64,000 nt of DNA from Waterburya sp. (GTDB lineage: Bacteria; Cyanobacteriota; Cyanobacteriia; Cyanobacteriales; Xenococcaceae), in NCBI GenBank assembly GCA_965217895.1, contig CBDCJV010000002.1:3456001-3520000 (forward strand). The letters are read 5' to 3'. Made by a program: the position numbers and the translations under genes. The notes under the pieces were generated by a model. It saw nothing but the letters and a program-made list of their open reading frames with translations. It searched no databases and was not told the DNA's origin. Shown one piece after another: positions 18,732 to 27,275 of the stretch (its first letter is position 1; every line of letters begins with the position of its first letter).

Positions 18732-19465
18732 TATAAAAACCCTAAATCTATTTGTAGTCTGCTGCCAATCACTTGTCTTAAAGCCTGTCCTTGGTCTGGT
18801 GGCAATAGCGCAGCTAATCCCTCAGCCAAGGTATATAATCCTGCGTCTGTTTGACTAATCCGAGTATTAAGCTGCGTTTCTCTAAAGTCATCAAGCTGTA
18901 TCTGGGAAGTTTCCCTCTCGCTTAGTTCCCTAAATTTATCCGTTATCAATTCCTCAATTACCGTTAGTTGTGCCTCAATCAAACCACTGGGTTGATTTGG
19001 ATCGATGCCTAGCACATTACCAATGCCGAACAAAGCATCCTCGACGAAGTTAAGCGTGTCACCTGTATATTCGTAAACCCTGATAGCCACATCTTTAAAC
19101 CAAAACGGCGGTGTATACCTAAGCCTAAACCTATCGGTACTAATGCGGTTTGTTTCGACTATCTGTAGCTTGTTAATAAACAAGCGGGTCGGAAGACTTT
19201 GAAGAACACTCGTTACGGGGCTATTACCACCAGGTACAAAATTGTAAACTTGCCTGATATCTCCTGCAAACTGCCAGCTAGGTTTGCCCGAGCCTGTTGT
19301 AGCTACGACAGCAATATAGTCAGAAAAAAGGCTAACGCCAAGGTCGATAGGAGGTATAGGGGTATGAGAATTTTCATTGATAATAGTAGCTGTTCTACTA
19401 GCATCGGCTACAATCCTCCAATCTTCAGAGTTATCAAAAAATATTAAGTCTTGTCCTGCTGGCAT
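18731..19465 (-). CDS. Hypothetical, candidate virion protein (beta-rich N-terminus, helical C-terminus)
   Basis: 244 aa in contiguous leftward block upstream of lysozyme. Confidence 0.6.
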   Translation of the reverse strand: MPAGQDLIFFDNSEDWRIVADASRTATIINENSHTPIPPIDLGVSLFSDYIAVVATTGSGKPSWQFAGDIRQVYNFVPGGNSPVTSVLQSLPTRLFINKLQIVETNRISTDRFRLRYTPPFWFKDVAIRVYEYTGDTLNFVEDALFGIGNVLGIDPNQPSGLIEAQLTVIEELITDKFRELSERETSQIQLDDFRETQLNTRISQTDAGLYTLAEGLAALLPPDQGQALRQVIGSRLQIDLGFL

Positions 19466-19471
19466 AACTGG

Positions 19472-19708
19472 CTATACCAATTTCATTTCTTCTAGATTGC
19501 CTTCAATAGTTTCTAGATAGCCGTCGATGTTCACTTGAGCGGTTTCAAGTAAATCGATGTACTCCTGAAAGCTAATTTTCTGAGCCAAAAAATCGTCCTT
19601 GGCTACTTCGACTATGGCATAGGTGTCCATTAATCTGTCTAGATCACTGTCGTTCATATCCCTAGTACTACCACCAGGGATAATTAGCTCTATTGCCCTA
19701 TCAAGCAT
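19472..19708 (-). CDS. Small acidic hypothetical protein
   Basis: 78 aa, 2-6 bp spacing to neighbours. Confidence 0.6.
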   Translation of the reverse strand: MLDRAIELIIPGGSTRDMNDSDLDRLMDTYAIVEVAKDDFLAQKISFQEYIDLLETAQVNIDGYLETIEGNLEEMKLV

Positions 19709-19710
19709 TT

Positions 19711-20274
19711 TTAATACTTCTCAGAATGAAAACTAGCTGAAGCAGTCGTAAGTGCTTCGACAGCAATAAGTATATCCCCTCTAACTTTGTTTTCTGCTTT
19801 TTCTGTTGCCGATGCACCATACGGGAAGGTAAAAGAATTGCCGATTCTCTTGCTGTATTTAATGCCCGTAATTTGACTAGTTGGTGATGCCGAACCTGTT
19901 CCGTAATCAAATACAGTTACCTGCGCAGGTTTAAAGCCCTGTATCTTGGTTTGACTTTCTGGGTCGTAAGTAACATGATTACAAGCACTTTGTACAGAGT
20001 CCAGAGTCGCTTTCTCATCTGCTCGTTTTGAAAGTGCTACGATTGCACCATTCGCAGGGTTTCCACCGAAGAAAAAAGGTAAAATGCCTGTTTTTAAAAT
20101 TTCACCAGGATTGCTATTATCGTCTCTGGAATAAACTAACTTAGTTTTCCCAGAAGCAAAGTCTTGAAAGTTTCTGGCAATTGTATTAGCAGGGGCATCG
20201 GGAGTGGGGGCGTTTGAGTTGGGAGTACGCAAAGTGGTCAAGGCATATTTTAATCTACTAAATCTTCTAGCCAT
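19711..20274 (-). CDS. Hypothetical, candidate capsid-type protein with basic N-terminus
   Basis: MARRFSRLKY N-terminus, 187 aa; structural role is inference. Confidence 0.55.
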   Translation of the reverse strand: MARRFSRLKYALTTLRTPNSNAPTPDAPANTIARNFQDFASGKTKLVYSRDDNSNPGEILKTGILPFFFGGNPANGAIVALSKRADEKATLDSVQSACNHVTYDPESQTKIQGFKPAQVTVFDYGTGSASPTSQITGIKYSKRIGNSFTFPYGASATEKAENKVRGDILIAVEALTTASASFHSEKY

Positions 20275-20391
20275 ATCTAATTATTGCTATTTTTATATAT
20301 TTACACTTTGTTTCTAACCTATCTGTCTTTGAATGAAAATGATTTGACTGGCAACTGATTAGAGAATCGACCTTTAAGGGCGCACACTTTT

Positions 20392-21210
20392 TTAAGCAAC
20401 CTCGATCGTTCTTGCTTTTGTCCCCGTTCTGTCTACTAAAATAAGCGGTTGAGTCAATCCTGGAATAAATAATTCTGCATAAGCAAATTTAACTGTGGCT
20501 ACGGGTCTTCGTTTTGGCTTCCTGACTACATCGCCCATGACTCGTACTGTTCCAGGTACATTGTAATTTTTTTTGTCTTCGTGGTATCTGAGAAAATTAT
20601 CCCAGTCTGGTTCGCTGTCATCTTGTATCCTAATTGCCTGCTCGATTATTTTCTTGGCGTCCGTTTCGTCATCTGTAGTGACGCTAAAAAAGTAACCTTT
20701 CTGTTTGTCTGCATAACTCCACAACTGTCTGCCTTTTCTGTAGAAAAAAACAGGTCTAGCAAAATCATTTAGTATTTTTAAAGCCAGTCGATTAATATTT
20801 GTTGTCGTATAATCTTCTTCTCTCCACCTAAAACTTACCTCGCTCCTAGCTGGTCTTCTTTCATTATCGGAAGCCTCATATTTGTCCTCTCTAAAGTGAA
20901 GCTTTACCTGTGGATAGTAGGTATTAGAAATCTCAAAGTCAGTGCTAGGAATACCGTAAACGTATTCATCTAATAAGTTTCCCGCTTCTACCCACCAGGT
21001 TAACATCCTGGCTAACGTAAGAGTCATTGTATCGGTGTCCTTATGTAGACAAATACGTTTAATTAGCTGTCTTGGCGCAGCCGTGCTAAGGCTAGCGTCA
21101 TCACTACCGTCAACGTCTCTAAAGTGCTTGTTTATAGCCTTGTTAAAGTAAGTTCTACAGTAACTTTGAAACATTTCAACATCTGGTTTACTCACAAGTT
21201 CGTTCCTCAC
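20392..21210 (-). CDS. Hypothetical phage protein (start may be the GTG of VSKPD, which has a GAGG RBS)
   Basis: 272-aa ORF; YGIP, PQVKLHFRED and RKPKRRP motifs. Confidence 0.7.
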   Translation of the reverse strand: MRNELVSKPDVEMFQSYCRTYFNKAINKHFRDVDGSDDASLSTAAPRQLIKRICLHKDTDTMTLTLARMLTWWVEAGNLLDEYVYGIPSTDFEISNTYYPQVKLHFREDKYEASDNERRPARSEVSFRWREEDYTTTNINRLALKILNDFARPVFFYRKGRQLWSYADKQKGYFFSVTTDDETDAKKIIEQAIRIQDDSEPDWDNFLRYHEDKKNYNVPGTVRVMGDVVRKPKRRPVATVKFAYAELFIPGLTQPLILVDRTGTKARTIEVA

Positions 21211-21447
21211 CTGTTCTAATTGGTATATTCATACTAACTTTTAATTTCAGGTGTTAATATTTTGTTTAGTTTCTGTTGTTCCAATAGATGCGCACTCTAA
21301 AAACGTGATAAGAAACAGGCACGCTCTAAAAACGCGTAGGGATAACTACTGATTCTTGTTTTTAAACTTTTTATCTGTCTTTTGTTTTTTTATCTGTCTA
21401 TCTAATTGTTTCTTAAGATACTGTAGTTCGATAACAAAAGCTTTCTA

Positions 21448-21897
21448 GTGCTACCAAGAGGATGGTTACAAACCAGACTCTTTCATCATTTAAATACCAG
21501 TCAAAATAGCAACAATTTAAAAGCACCCTTGGGAGAATTAGCTAGTAACACCCGATTAGATATCCCAAACACTACACCTACTACAACCAACAAATCATCT
21601 GTACCTACTGCTAGTAATGAGTTACAAAATAATAACTTTATAGACAAATCTCTTTGCGTATTTCATAACCATTTAGACTGGTTAAGTTTTACTTTTGAGA
21701 AGCTAAGTAAAGAGGAATTTAACCAATTAATTCAACTTACTGGTAGAGGATTAACCACGTTAGAAAAAAACAAATCCTGGTCTAGTGGTGAAAGAGCTAG
21801 AAGCTATCAAAACACTATTCACTCTGCTATCAGCTTAAAAGGTGCTTATAACTGCTATCAGGTAGAAAACAAAATAAGAAAAGTCGGTTTCCGATAA
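21448..21897 (+). pseudogene. Truncated N-terminal fragment of a Rep_trans-like replication initiator, copy 1
   Basis: SNTRLDI and HLDWLSFTF motifs, ends after 149 aa. Confidence 0.5.
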
Positions 21898-21954
21898 ATA
21901 GGCAAAAAAAAAGAAGCCCTGTTAAACAAGACCAACTTTCTTTACACAAAGACA

Positions 21955-22263
21955 ATGATAAATCCAAACAATCAAAATAGCAACCAGTAGTTTTCACCTG
22001 CCCAAAATAGCCCTAGTAATACCCCGCTAGATATCCGTTATACTCCACCCTTTTCTACTCATAGCTTTAAGTCACTTTTACTTTCTTCCTTAGACTCCCA
22101 GAATAAAAATAATATATTAAAAAATACTATTGATTATTTAAGAATTAGTAGTAGTAAATTAAGTAAAAGGTCTTTTGGAAACTTACTAGCTAACCTAGTC
22201 TTACCTGTACCTTGCTTTGAAAACAAAATACCTTTTGTCTATGATACATTAGTACTTGTTTGA
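21955..22263 (+). pseudogene. Second decayed paralogous Rep-like N-terminal fragment
   Basis: Manual translation MINPNNQNSNQ*FSPAQNSPSNTPLDI...TIDYLRISSSKLSK, in-frame TAG at 21988. Confidence 0.5.
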
Positions 22264-22300
22264 ATACTAACCTTAGTTACACCCAAAAGATATCTAAATA

Positions 22301-22609
22301 ATGACTCAAATTAACATTGCTACCGATATTCCAAGTCAAATCAATACTTTAGAACGCCTAGCTATGTGGTCGTGTATGGCATTGAGAAGAGTAAATCCAA
22401 CTTTAGCAGTCATTGAAATCGCCGACCAGACAGCCGAGAAGGTAGCGCAAACCGCTTTGGTACAGGCTGATGATGGAAAAATTAGGTTTATTGGCAGATT
22501 GAGCCTGGAAGTAGCAGCCGATTATGCAGAAGACAATACGGCAAAGCTTTGGACGAAAGCACTGGAGTTTAGCAATACTCAGCTACCCGCAGCCTACAAA
22601 GCAAACTAA
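22301..22609 (+). CDS. Hypothetical, candidate virion protein
   Basis: 102 aa, TAATG-coupled to 718-aa gene. Confidence 0.7.
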   Translation: MTQINIATDIPSQINTLERLAMWSCMALRRVNPTLAVIEIADQTAEKVAQTALVQADDGKIRFIGRLSLEVAADYAEDNTAKLWTKALEFSNTQLPAAYKAN

Positions 22610-24765
22610 TGGGCATTTATTCAAAATTTGTCAAAACACCTGGGGGGCAAACTAGATTTGTCGTCACGACTGAACCCCCTAGTATTTACGAAAGCTTTAG
22701 AAGTCCTATCCCCAAACCACCAAAACCACCTGTGTTGCTCAAGGGGGTAGGTAAGCTTCTAGGAATCCCTGCTTTAGTTCTTCTTGATTTTTTCTTTAAT
22801 AACAAGCCCTTGAGCGACGGAACGATCCCTCAATGGATTACGCAGATTGACGAGCAGCAAAAAATAGGCACAAAAAGCTATCCCCAGTCGCGTGACACCT
22901 ATTATCGCTTTGTTTATCGAGAAGCTAATCTTAATAACGGCGTGGTGACATGGGGTAATGACTACGTAAGGGTCAACTCAGATCGGTTTAACGGCATCCA
23001 GTCTTGGCGATTAAAGGCATTCTACAAAGGGATTGCCTCTTATCCAGCCGATAATAAATTTTTTACCTACGTTTACTATCCCAGCACAGGTAAATACGAT
23101 TCAAGACCAGCAGGTGAACGTAATGCTGATTATTATGTTGAGGTCGTTGATTTTTTAGGTGTAATAACAACTATCTACCTGGGTGGTACTAGCGGTCTAT
23201 GGGGACAAAGGTTTATTACAGTTGACAATATCCCTCAGCCCGAAATACAAGAAGATATTAAAACCAAAGCTAATAATCAGTTTGCAGCAGGATTAGCCTT
23301 AATCGATCTGCTTGGAGCTAAAGAATGGCAATTTGCAGGATTTAGTAAGCTGCCTAGCTTTGGTAATAACCAGTATCCTCAGATTGATTTTATTCCTCTA
23401 CCGACAATAAGTAATAAGCCAGGCATATTACCTACTCCTACACCTGTTCCTATACCCGACCCCGAGCCAAAGCCAGAAATAAAGCCAGAAATTAATGGTG
23501 GCACTAAAGAGATAATCGAACAAAAACAAGGACAAAAGAATGAATACCCCGATCTCGTTCCTGGCAAAAAATACATCAAGAGAATTACGACCAAGGATTC
23601 AGATGGAAAAATTATTAAGATTACTGTAAATCCTTCTGAAATATTAAACCCAACGCCTACACCAGTTCCCGACCCCAAACCAGTAAAAATTACCAAGACT
23701 CCCGACCCCGAGCCTAAAAACAATATTATTATTTTTACTCCTAATCCTGTTCCACCCCCTTCGATTAAGCAAGAAAAAATTACAGATAACGACCCTAAAC
23801 CATTCCCTCCGCCAATTATCCCCCCTGTCAAGCCACCCAATCAAACCGCGACAGATGACTGTGCTGGTTCGTGTGCAAATAGAGCTTTAGCACCAGGTTC
23901 ACCAGGGTTGCTAAATATTACAGGCTTATTAAATGGTTTGCTACTACAAGATCCTCTACTTAGAAGAATAGATACAACTACTACGACAACAAGAGACATA
24001 GTTTCTCATGCCGATTATGGTCTGTCTAAAATACAAAAATTCGCTAGTACCGCTTGGAAGGCTACCCACGGAGACAAGATCCTCAATGCGCTTACAACAG
24101 CGGTAGTTATTCATAACGGGGTAATGCTGTCTAGAGGATTGGGGAACAGTCTTGCTGACGTTGCTACCGTCACGCTTCAAGCCATGGGGCTTAAAGACTC
24201 GGAAGGTAAACCGTTTGACGTCCAACAGATAGTCAGTGAAAAACTAACTCAGATGATGCAAAGAATATTAGGTGCTGGAAACTACGAAGCACTCACTGCT
24301 AAACTGGCATCTTATAGTCGTGTCTACCAATCAGCTGCTAACTTAGCTGATTTAACCTTCAGTCTGTTTGATTCAGCTAGAAACATCGCAGAGGCTTCGG
24401 CTACTAATACAGGTAAGATAGGTAACGCTCTCAGGGAAGCTGGAGCGGTTTACGAAGATGCCTATGAAGAGATGTCCGAAAAATACAGTCCTCAGAACAG
24501 AGCAATGCGTAAGCTGTCGGGTCTGACTGAGAATGTAGAGGAGTTCACAGAAAAGGCAGACAGAATAGGCGAGGTAAGTAGTGAGGTAGTTGAAATCAGA
24601 GAGAGCTTTGCAGAGCTACAGTCAGAAAGAGAGGTGCTAAAGAATGAGGTTAACACCGCCTTAGATCTCAAGAAAGAAGAGAAAGACTTGGCTAAGGAAG
24701 ATGTTCAGACTAAAACAGATGTTAACGACATTGACTTTGACCCCGCTCTAGCTGAAGACAACTAA
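22609..24765 (+). CDS. Large Pro-rich/coiled-coil protein, candidate adsorption/DNA-delivery protein
   Basis: Aromatic beta-rich N-domain, PTPTPVPIPDPEPKP linkers, CxxxC, long helical C-terminus. Confidence 0.65.
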   Translation: MGIYSKFVKTPGGQTRFVVTTEPPSIYESFRSPIPKPPKPPVLLKGVGKLLGIPALVLLDFFFNNKPLSDGTIPQWITQIDEQQKIGTKSYPQSRDTYYRFVYREANLNNGVVTWGNDYVRVNSDRFNGIQSWRLKAFYKGIASYPADNKFFTYVYYPSTGKYDSRPAGERNADYYVEVVDFLGVITTIYLGGTSGLWGQRFITVDNIPQPEIQEDIKTKANNQFAAGLALIDLLGAKEWQFAGFSKLPSFGNNQYPQIDFIPLPTISNKPGILPTPTPVPIPDPEPKPEIKPEINGGTKEIIEQKQGQKNEYPDLVPGKKYIKRITTKDSDGKIIKITVNPSEILNPTPTPVPDPKPVKITKTPDPEPKNNIIIFTPNPVPPPSIKQEKITDNDPKPFPPPIIPPVKPPNQTATDDCAGSCANRALAPGSPGLLNITGLLNGLLLQDPLLRRIDTTTTTTRDIVSHADYGLSKIQKFASTAWKATHGDKILNALTTAVVIHNGVMLSRGLGNSLADVATVTLQAMGLKDSEGKPFDVQQIVSEKLTQMMQRILGAGNYEALTAKLASYSRVYQSAANLADLTFSLFDSARNIAEASATNTGKIGNALREAGAVYEDAYEEMSEKYSPQNRAMRKLSGLTENVEEFTEKADRIGEVSSEVVEIRESFAELQSEREVLKNEVNTALDLKKEEKDLAKEDVQTKTDVNDIDFDPALAEDN

Positions 24766-24807
24766 AATAACCTAAAAACACCAACGAGTTTATAGGCATT
24801 TCCAGAA

Positions 24808-24837
24808 AGCGTTGTACACTTCGTTGTACGTTTTTTA
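24808..24837. repeat. 30-bp element-internal repeat, copy identical to 13226..13255
   Basis: Direct sequence comparison, 30/30. Confidence 0.9.
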
Positions 24838-24848
24838 GATATGCCTAC

Positions 24849-25334
24849 CTACCTCTTCACCCAAACACCATCTTTTACCGCATAAGCTTCTAACTTCCGT
24901 TTGATTATTTTCCCCCTGGGTTTTTGAATACCGTGTCGCCACAGCTTGACCTTCCATTCACTTTGTCCCGTTATGGCTGCGATACGTTCATCATTCAAAT
25001 ACTTCGCATTTTCGTCTTGCTGTAAAGCCTTAATCTTGTCTAGTTCAGACTCTAAATACGCTACTTGCTCTTCTAACTCCTTTGTCCTCTCCAGTACCTG
25101 TACTGCTAGCTTATTAGCAGCCATAATGCCGTCTTCTGCTACAAGCCTCCACGCATCGAAGTCTCGATCCTCCATCAGACTCTTTGGTGTCTCGTCAATA
25201 ATCCCAGCACCTTTCTTAACCAGAGCCTCTAAAGCTTCAGATCTAGTCATCCTATGTTTGTCCGCATACTCGCTTATCAGTTCCTCTTCTGTAATATCGA
25301 AGTATCCCGCGATCGCCGTCTTATTCTCTTCCAT
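24849..25334 (-). CDS. Putative regulator: RHH-like N-terminus, coiled coil, HTH-like C-terminus
   Basis: YADKHRMTRSEALEALV; DERIAAITGQSEWKVKLWRHG. Confidence 0.55.
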   Translation of the reverse strand: MEENKTAIAGYFDITEEELISEYADKHRMTRSEALEALVKKGAGIIDETPKSLMEDRDFDAWRLVAEDGIMAANKLAVQVLERTKELEEQVAYLESELDKIKALQQDENAKYLNDERIAAITGQSEWKVKLWRHGIQKPRGKIIKRKLEAYAVKDGVWVKR

Positions 25335-25759
25335 AGCTTTGTCTCTCAGCTTCTACTGTTAAGCAATTATGTACTAAGTTTACTGTTTCACCTTCTGCTT
25401 CTATTGCTCTTAAAAACAGTCACGAAACACCCTAATCAGCGATGGTTACAAAATGGCTCGAAGCCGAAGAAAGTCAAGTGCTTGACCGCAGGTTTTTGAG
25501 GTACGAGAAACACTTTACGTTCGCAGGTGAAGAGGTATAATGCCATCGCTTGCTGATTGGGTTTGACTCAATACGCTTAATCTGAGATGCTATTCTTGCA
25601 AAGAGAATAATCTTGTACTTTATTAAATTAAAGCTAACCTTGATTTGTAAGCACCTCTTTGCACCCAAAGGTGCAGACAAACAATAAAAAAGACTCCTGT
25701 TAGAGAGCCTCTTTTTGATAAGCATATTGGTTTAATATATACCTAGTCCAGTAATGCAC

Positions 25760-27169
25760 CTATAGTAGCGCAAGAATCCCTTCCTTGTCCTTCTGGTAGA
25801 CGATTGACAGTATTTTAGCTGATATCTCTTTGTCTTCAGGAGAGGCAGCGCAGAGCCTCTTAACAGAAGCTAGTGCAGTAACGAAGTCAATAGCATTCTG
25901 GTTGGAGTTAAGTAACAAATCGATAGTTGTCTGCGTTGATTGTCTTTTCTTGTAGACGGATTCATTCATCTGTACTGTATGTCCCATCGATTGCGCTCTA
26001 ACTTCTTGAGGTATCCCCGCCTGTATCCCGTTGATATTAGCCAAGTGCCGTAAAGCGTGTGTCTGGGTAAAAGGAGCATTCCACTTAAGTAGTTTTTTAT
26101 AAGCACTTTTGTTGTAATAATTTGCCTTAGCTCTATCGCTACCATTCTGTACGCCAATTTCTGGTAGCAAAGGATTTTTAATATCTAGCAAGTCTATTAG
26201 GTTAGGATAGGCAGGCGGAATATTAGGACGCGCTATTCTGTAGCCTGTTTTAGTTGTAGTTTTAGTCGCGGTGAAACCAGATACAACTATTAGGTTGTTT
26301 GTGTTAGTAGCATCTGATAAGGACGGAATTATCACGCCGTCTTCTGTTTCAAAAGGAGTATACAAGTTAGATATTGCGAATACTTCATGAATTCTTAGTC
26401 CATAGATTATCTGTGTAGAAAAAACCCACAGCCAAGCTTTTCTTACGTCTATTCGAGCATTTGAACGAAGCTTGCTGCTAACTCCAAGCACTCTGTCTTT
26501 CCATTCCAAAAAGCTTTGTAATGTTATATTCTGAAGCTTTTTGTACTCAACTTGCATTACATCTATTTCGTCTAATTGGTCGATTAACGCTCGGTTATGG
26601 GCAAGCCTACATAAACGCTTCATAGAAGAAACGACACCTTTAAAAGTTTTTGTACCTTTCTTCTGTCTATCGATGACTTTTTGAATGTCAGCTAGGTTAA
26701 GCGTTTTATGGGTTGGAAGATATTTGTAAAATCTGCCGTAGGTATCATGCCAGCTTGACTGGTCACTAGGATTATCTTTATCCCTTTTCCTTTTTGTTCT
26801 ACTAGGTCTATCCCAAAAGTCATCCTCTACCTTTTTGATCGCTTCACCAAAAGTCAGCCTGTCATCAGCTAACTGAGACTCCTGTTTAATTTCTTTGTCG
26901 TACCACTGCCAGAATTCTGCTTCGGAAGCTAAGTTTTTTAACGCCTCCGCTACTTTGTTAGATTTTTTAAGAGCCTCTACCATCCCGTCTAAGGTAAATG
27001 TACAGCCACAGGCATAAGGCTTTCTAGCTGTATTAGGAGTCTTAAACTGCAAGTAGATGTTTTGACCTTTGCGAGTCATACCTACACCTCTAGGCGTTTG
27101 CTTCTGGTATCTACTGAAGTCAGATAATAAAGTCTCGTATCCTATCTCGTCTGTGTAATCCTTACTCAT
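25760..27169 (-). CDS. Tyrosine recombinase/integrase
   Basis: Catalytic set present: GLRIHE (R), TKTG (K), HALRH (HxxR), MGH, VY (Y). Confidence 0.92.
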   Translation of the reverse strand: MSKDYTDEIGYETLLSDFSRYQKQTPRGVGMTRKGQNIYLQFKTPNTARKPYACGCTFTLDGMVEALKKSNKVAEALKNLASEAEFWQWYDKEIKQESQLADDRLTFGEAIKKVEDDFWDRPSRTKRKRDKDNPSDQSSWHDTYGRFYKYLPTHKTLNLADIQKVIDRQKKGTKTFKGVVSSMKRLCRLAHNRALIDQLDEIDVMQVEYKKLQNITLQSFLEWKDRVLGVSSKLRSNARIDVRKAWLWVFSTQIIYGLRIHEVFAISNLYTPFETEDGVIIPSLSDATNTNNLIVVSGFTATKTTTKTGYRIARPNIPPAYPNLIDLLDIKNPLLPEIGVQNGSDRAKANYYNKSAYKKLLKWNAPFTQTHALRHLANINGIQAGIPQEVRAQSMGHTVQMNESVYKKRQSTQTTIDLLLNSNQNAIDFVTALASVKRLCAASPEDKEISAKILSIVYQKDKEGILALL

Positions 27170-27206
27170 TTCTTACTCACTTTGCTTGCAATGGTTAACG
27201 AGTAAG
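27162..27206 (+). repeat. TTACTCA pair plus inverted GAGTAAG, putative arm-type sites overlapping integrase start codon
   Basis: TTACTCA at 27162 and 27173; CTTACTC on minus strand at 27200..27206. Confidence 0.6.
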
Positions 27207-27246
27207 CGTTTGAGAGAACGCTATTGCGCTGGTTAGTCGGTCTACT

Positions 27247-27275
27247 GGGAGTTCAAGTCTCCCTACCCCCACTCG
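27247..27275 (+). other. tRNA-like 3' fragment (T-arm plus acceptor 3' strand), putative right attachment site
   Basis: GGGAG-TTCAAGT-CTCCC-TACCCCC-A; not tRNA-Asp sequence. Confidence 0.65.

Larger units (their letters stand above)
12155..27275. mobile_element. Integrated prophage-like element (~15.1 kb) downstream of tRNA-Asp
   Basis: Tyrosine integrase at right end, lysozyme, NTPase, nuclease, tightly coupled small ORFs, HIP1 depletion, paired TTACTCA repeats at both ends; exact junctions inferred. Confidence 0.88.

Noticed and set aside
23379..23840. Gly-rich 153-aa minus-strand ORF
   Set aside because: Mirror of the Pro-rich linker codons of the 718-aa gene
25474..25725. 83-aa ORF downstream of integrase as excisionase
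   Set aside because: No recognisable motif or RBS; cannot be supported
27228..27236. 9-bp GCTGGTTAG match to the tRNA-Asp D-loop (12091..12099) as att core
   Set aside because: Crossover there would not regenerate a tRNA at the empty site, and a match this short may be chance
27190..27271. Complete tRNA gene (e.g. tRNA-Leu GAG) upstream of the integrase
   Set aside because: No 5' acceptor strand (GGGGGTA) or D-arm, and the anticodon-like loop has the wrong size; only the 3' part is tRNA-like
12155..27275. Classification as inovirus, PICI or ICE
   Set aside because: No Zot/pI or tiny TM coat genes evident, and a lysozyme is present; no AlpA/primase/terminase small subunit; no conjugation genes
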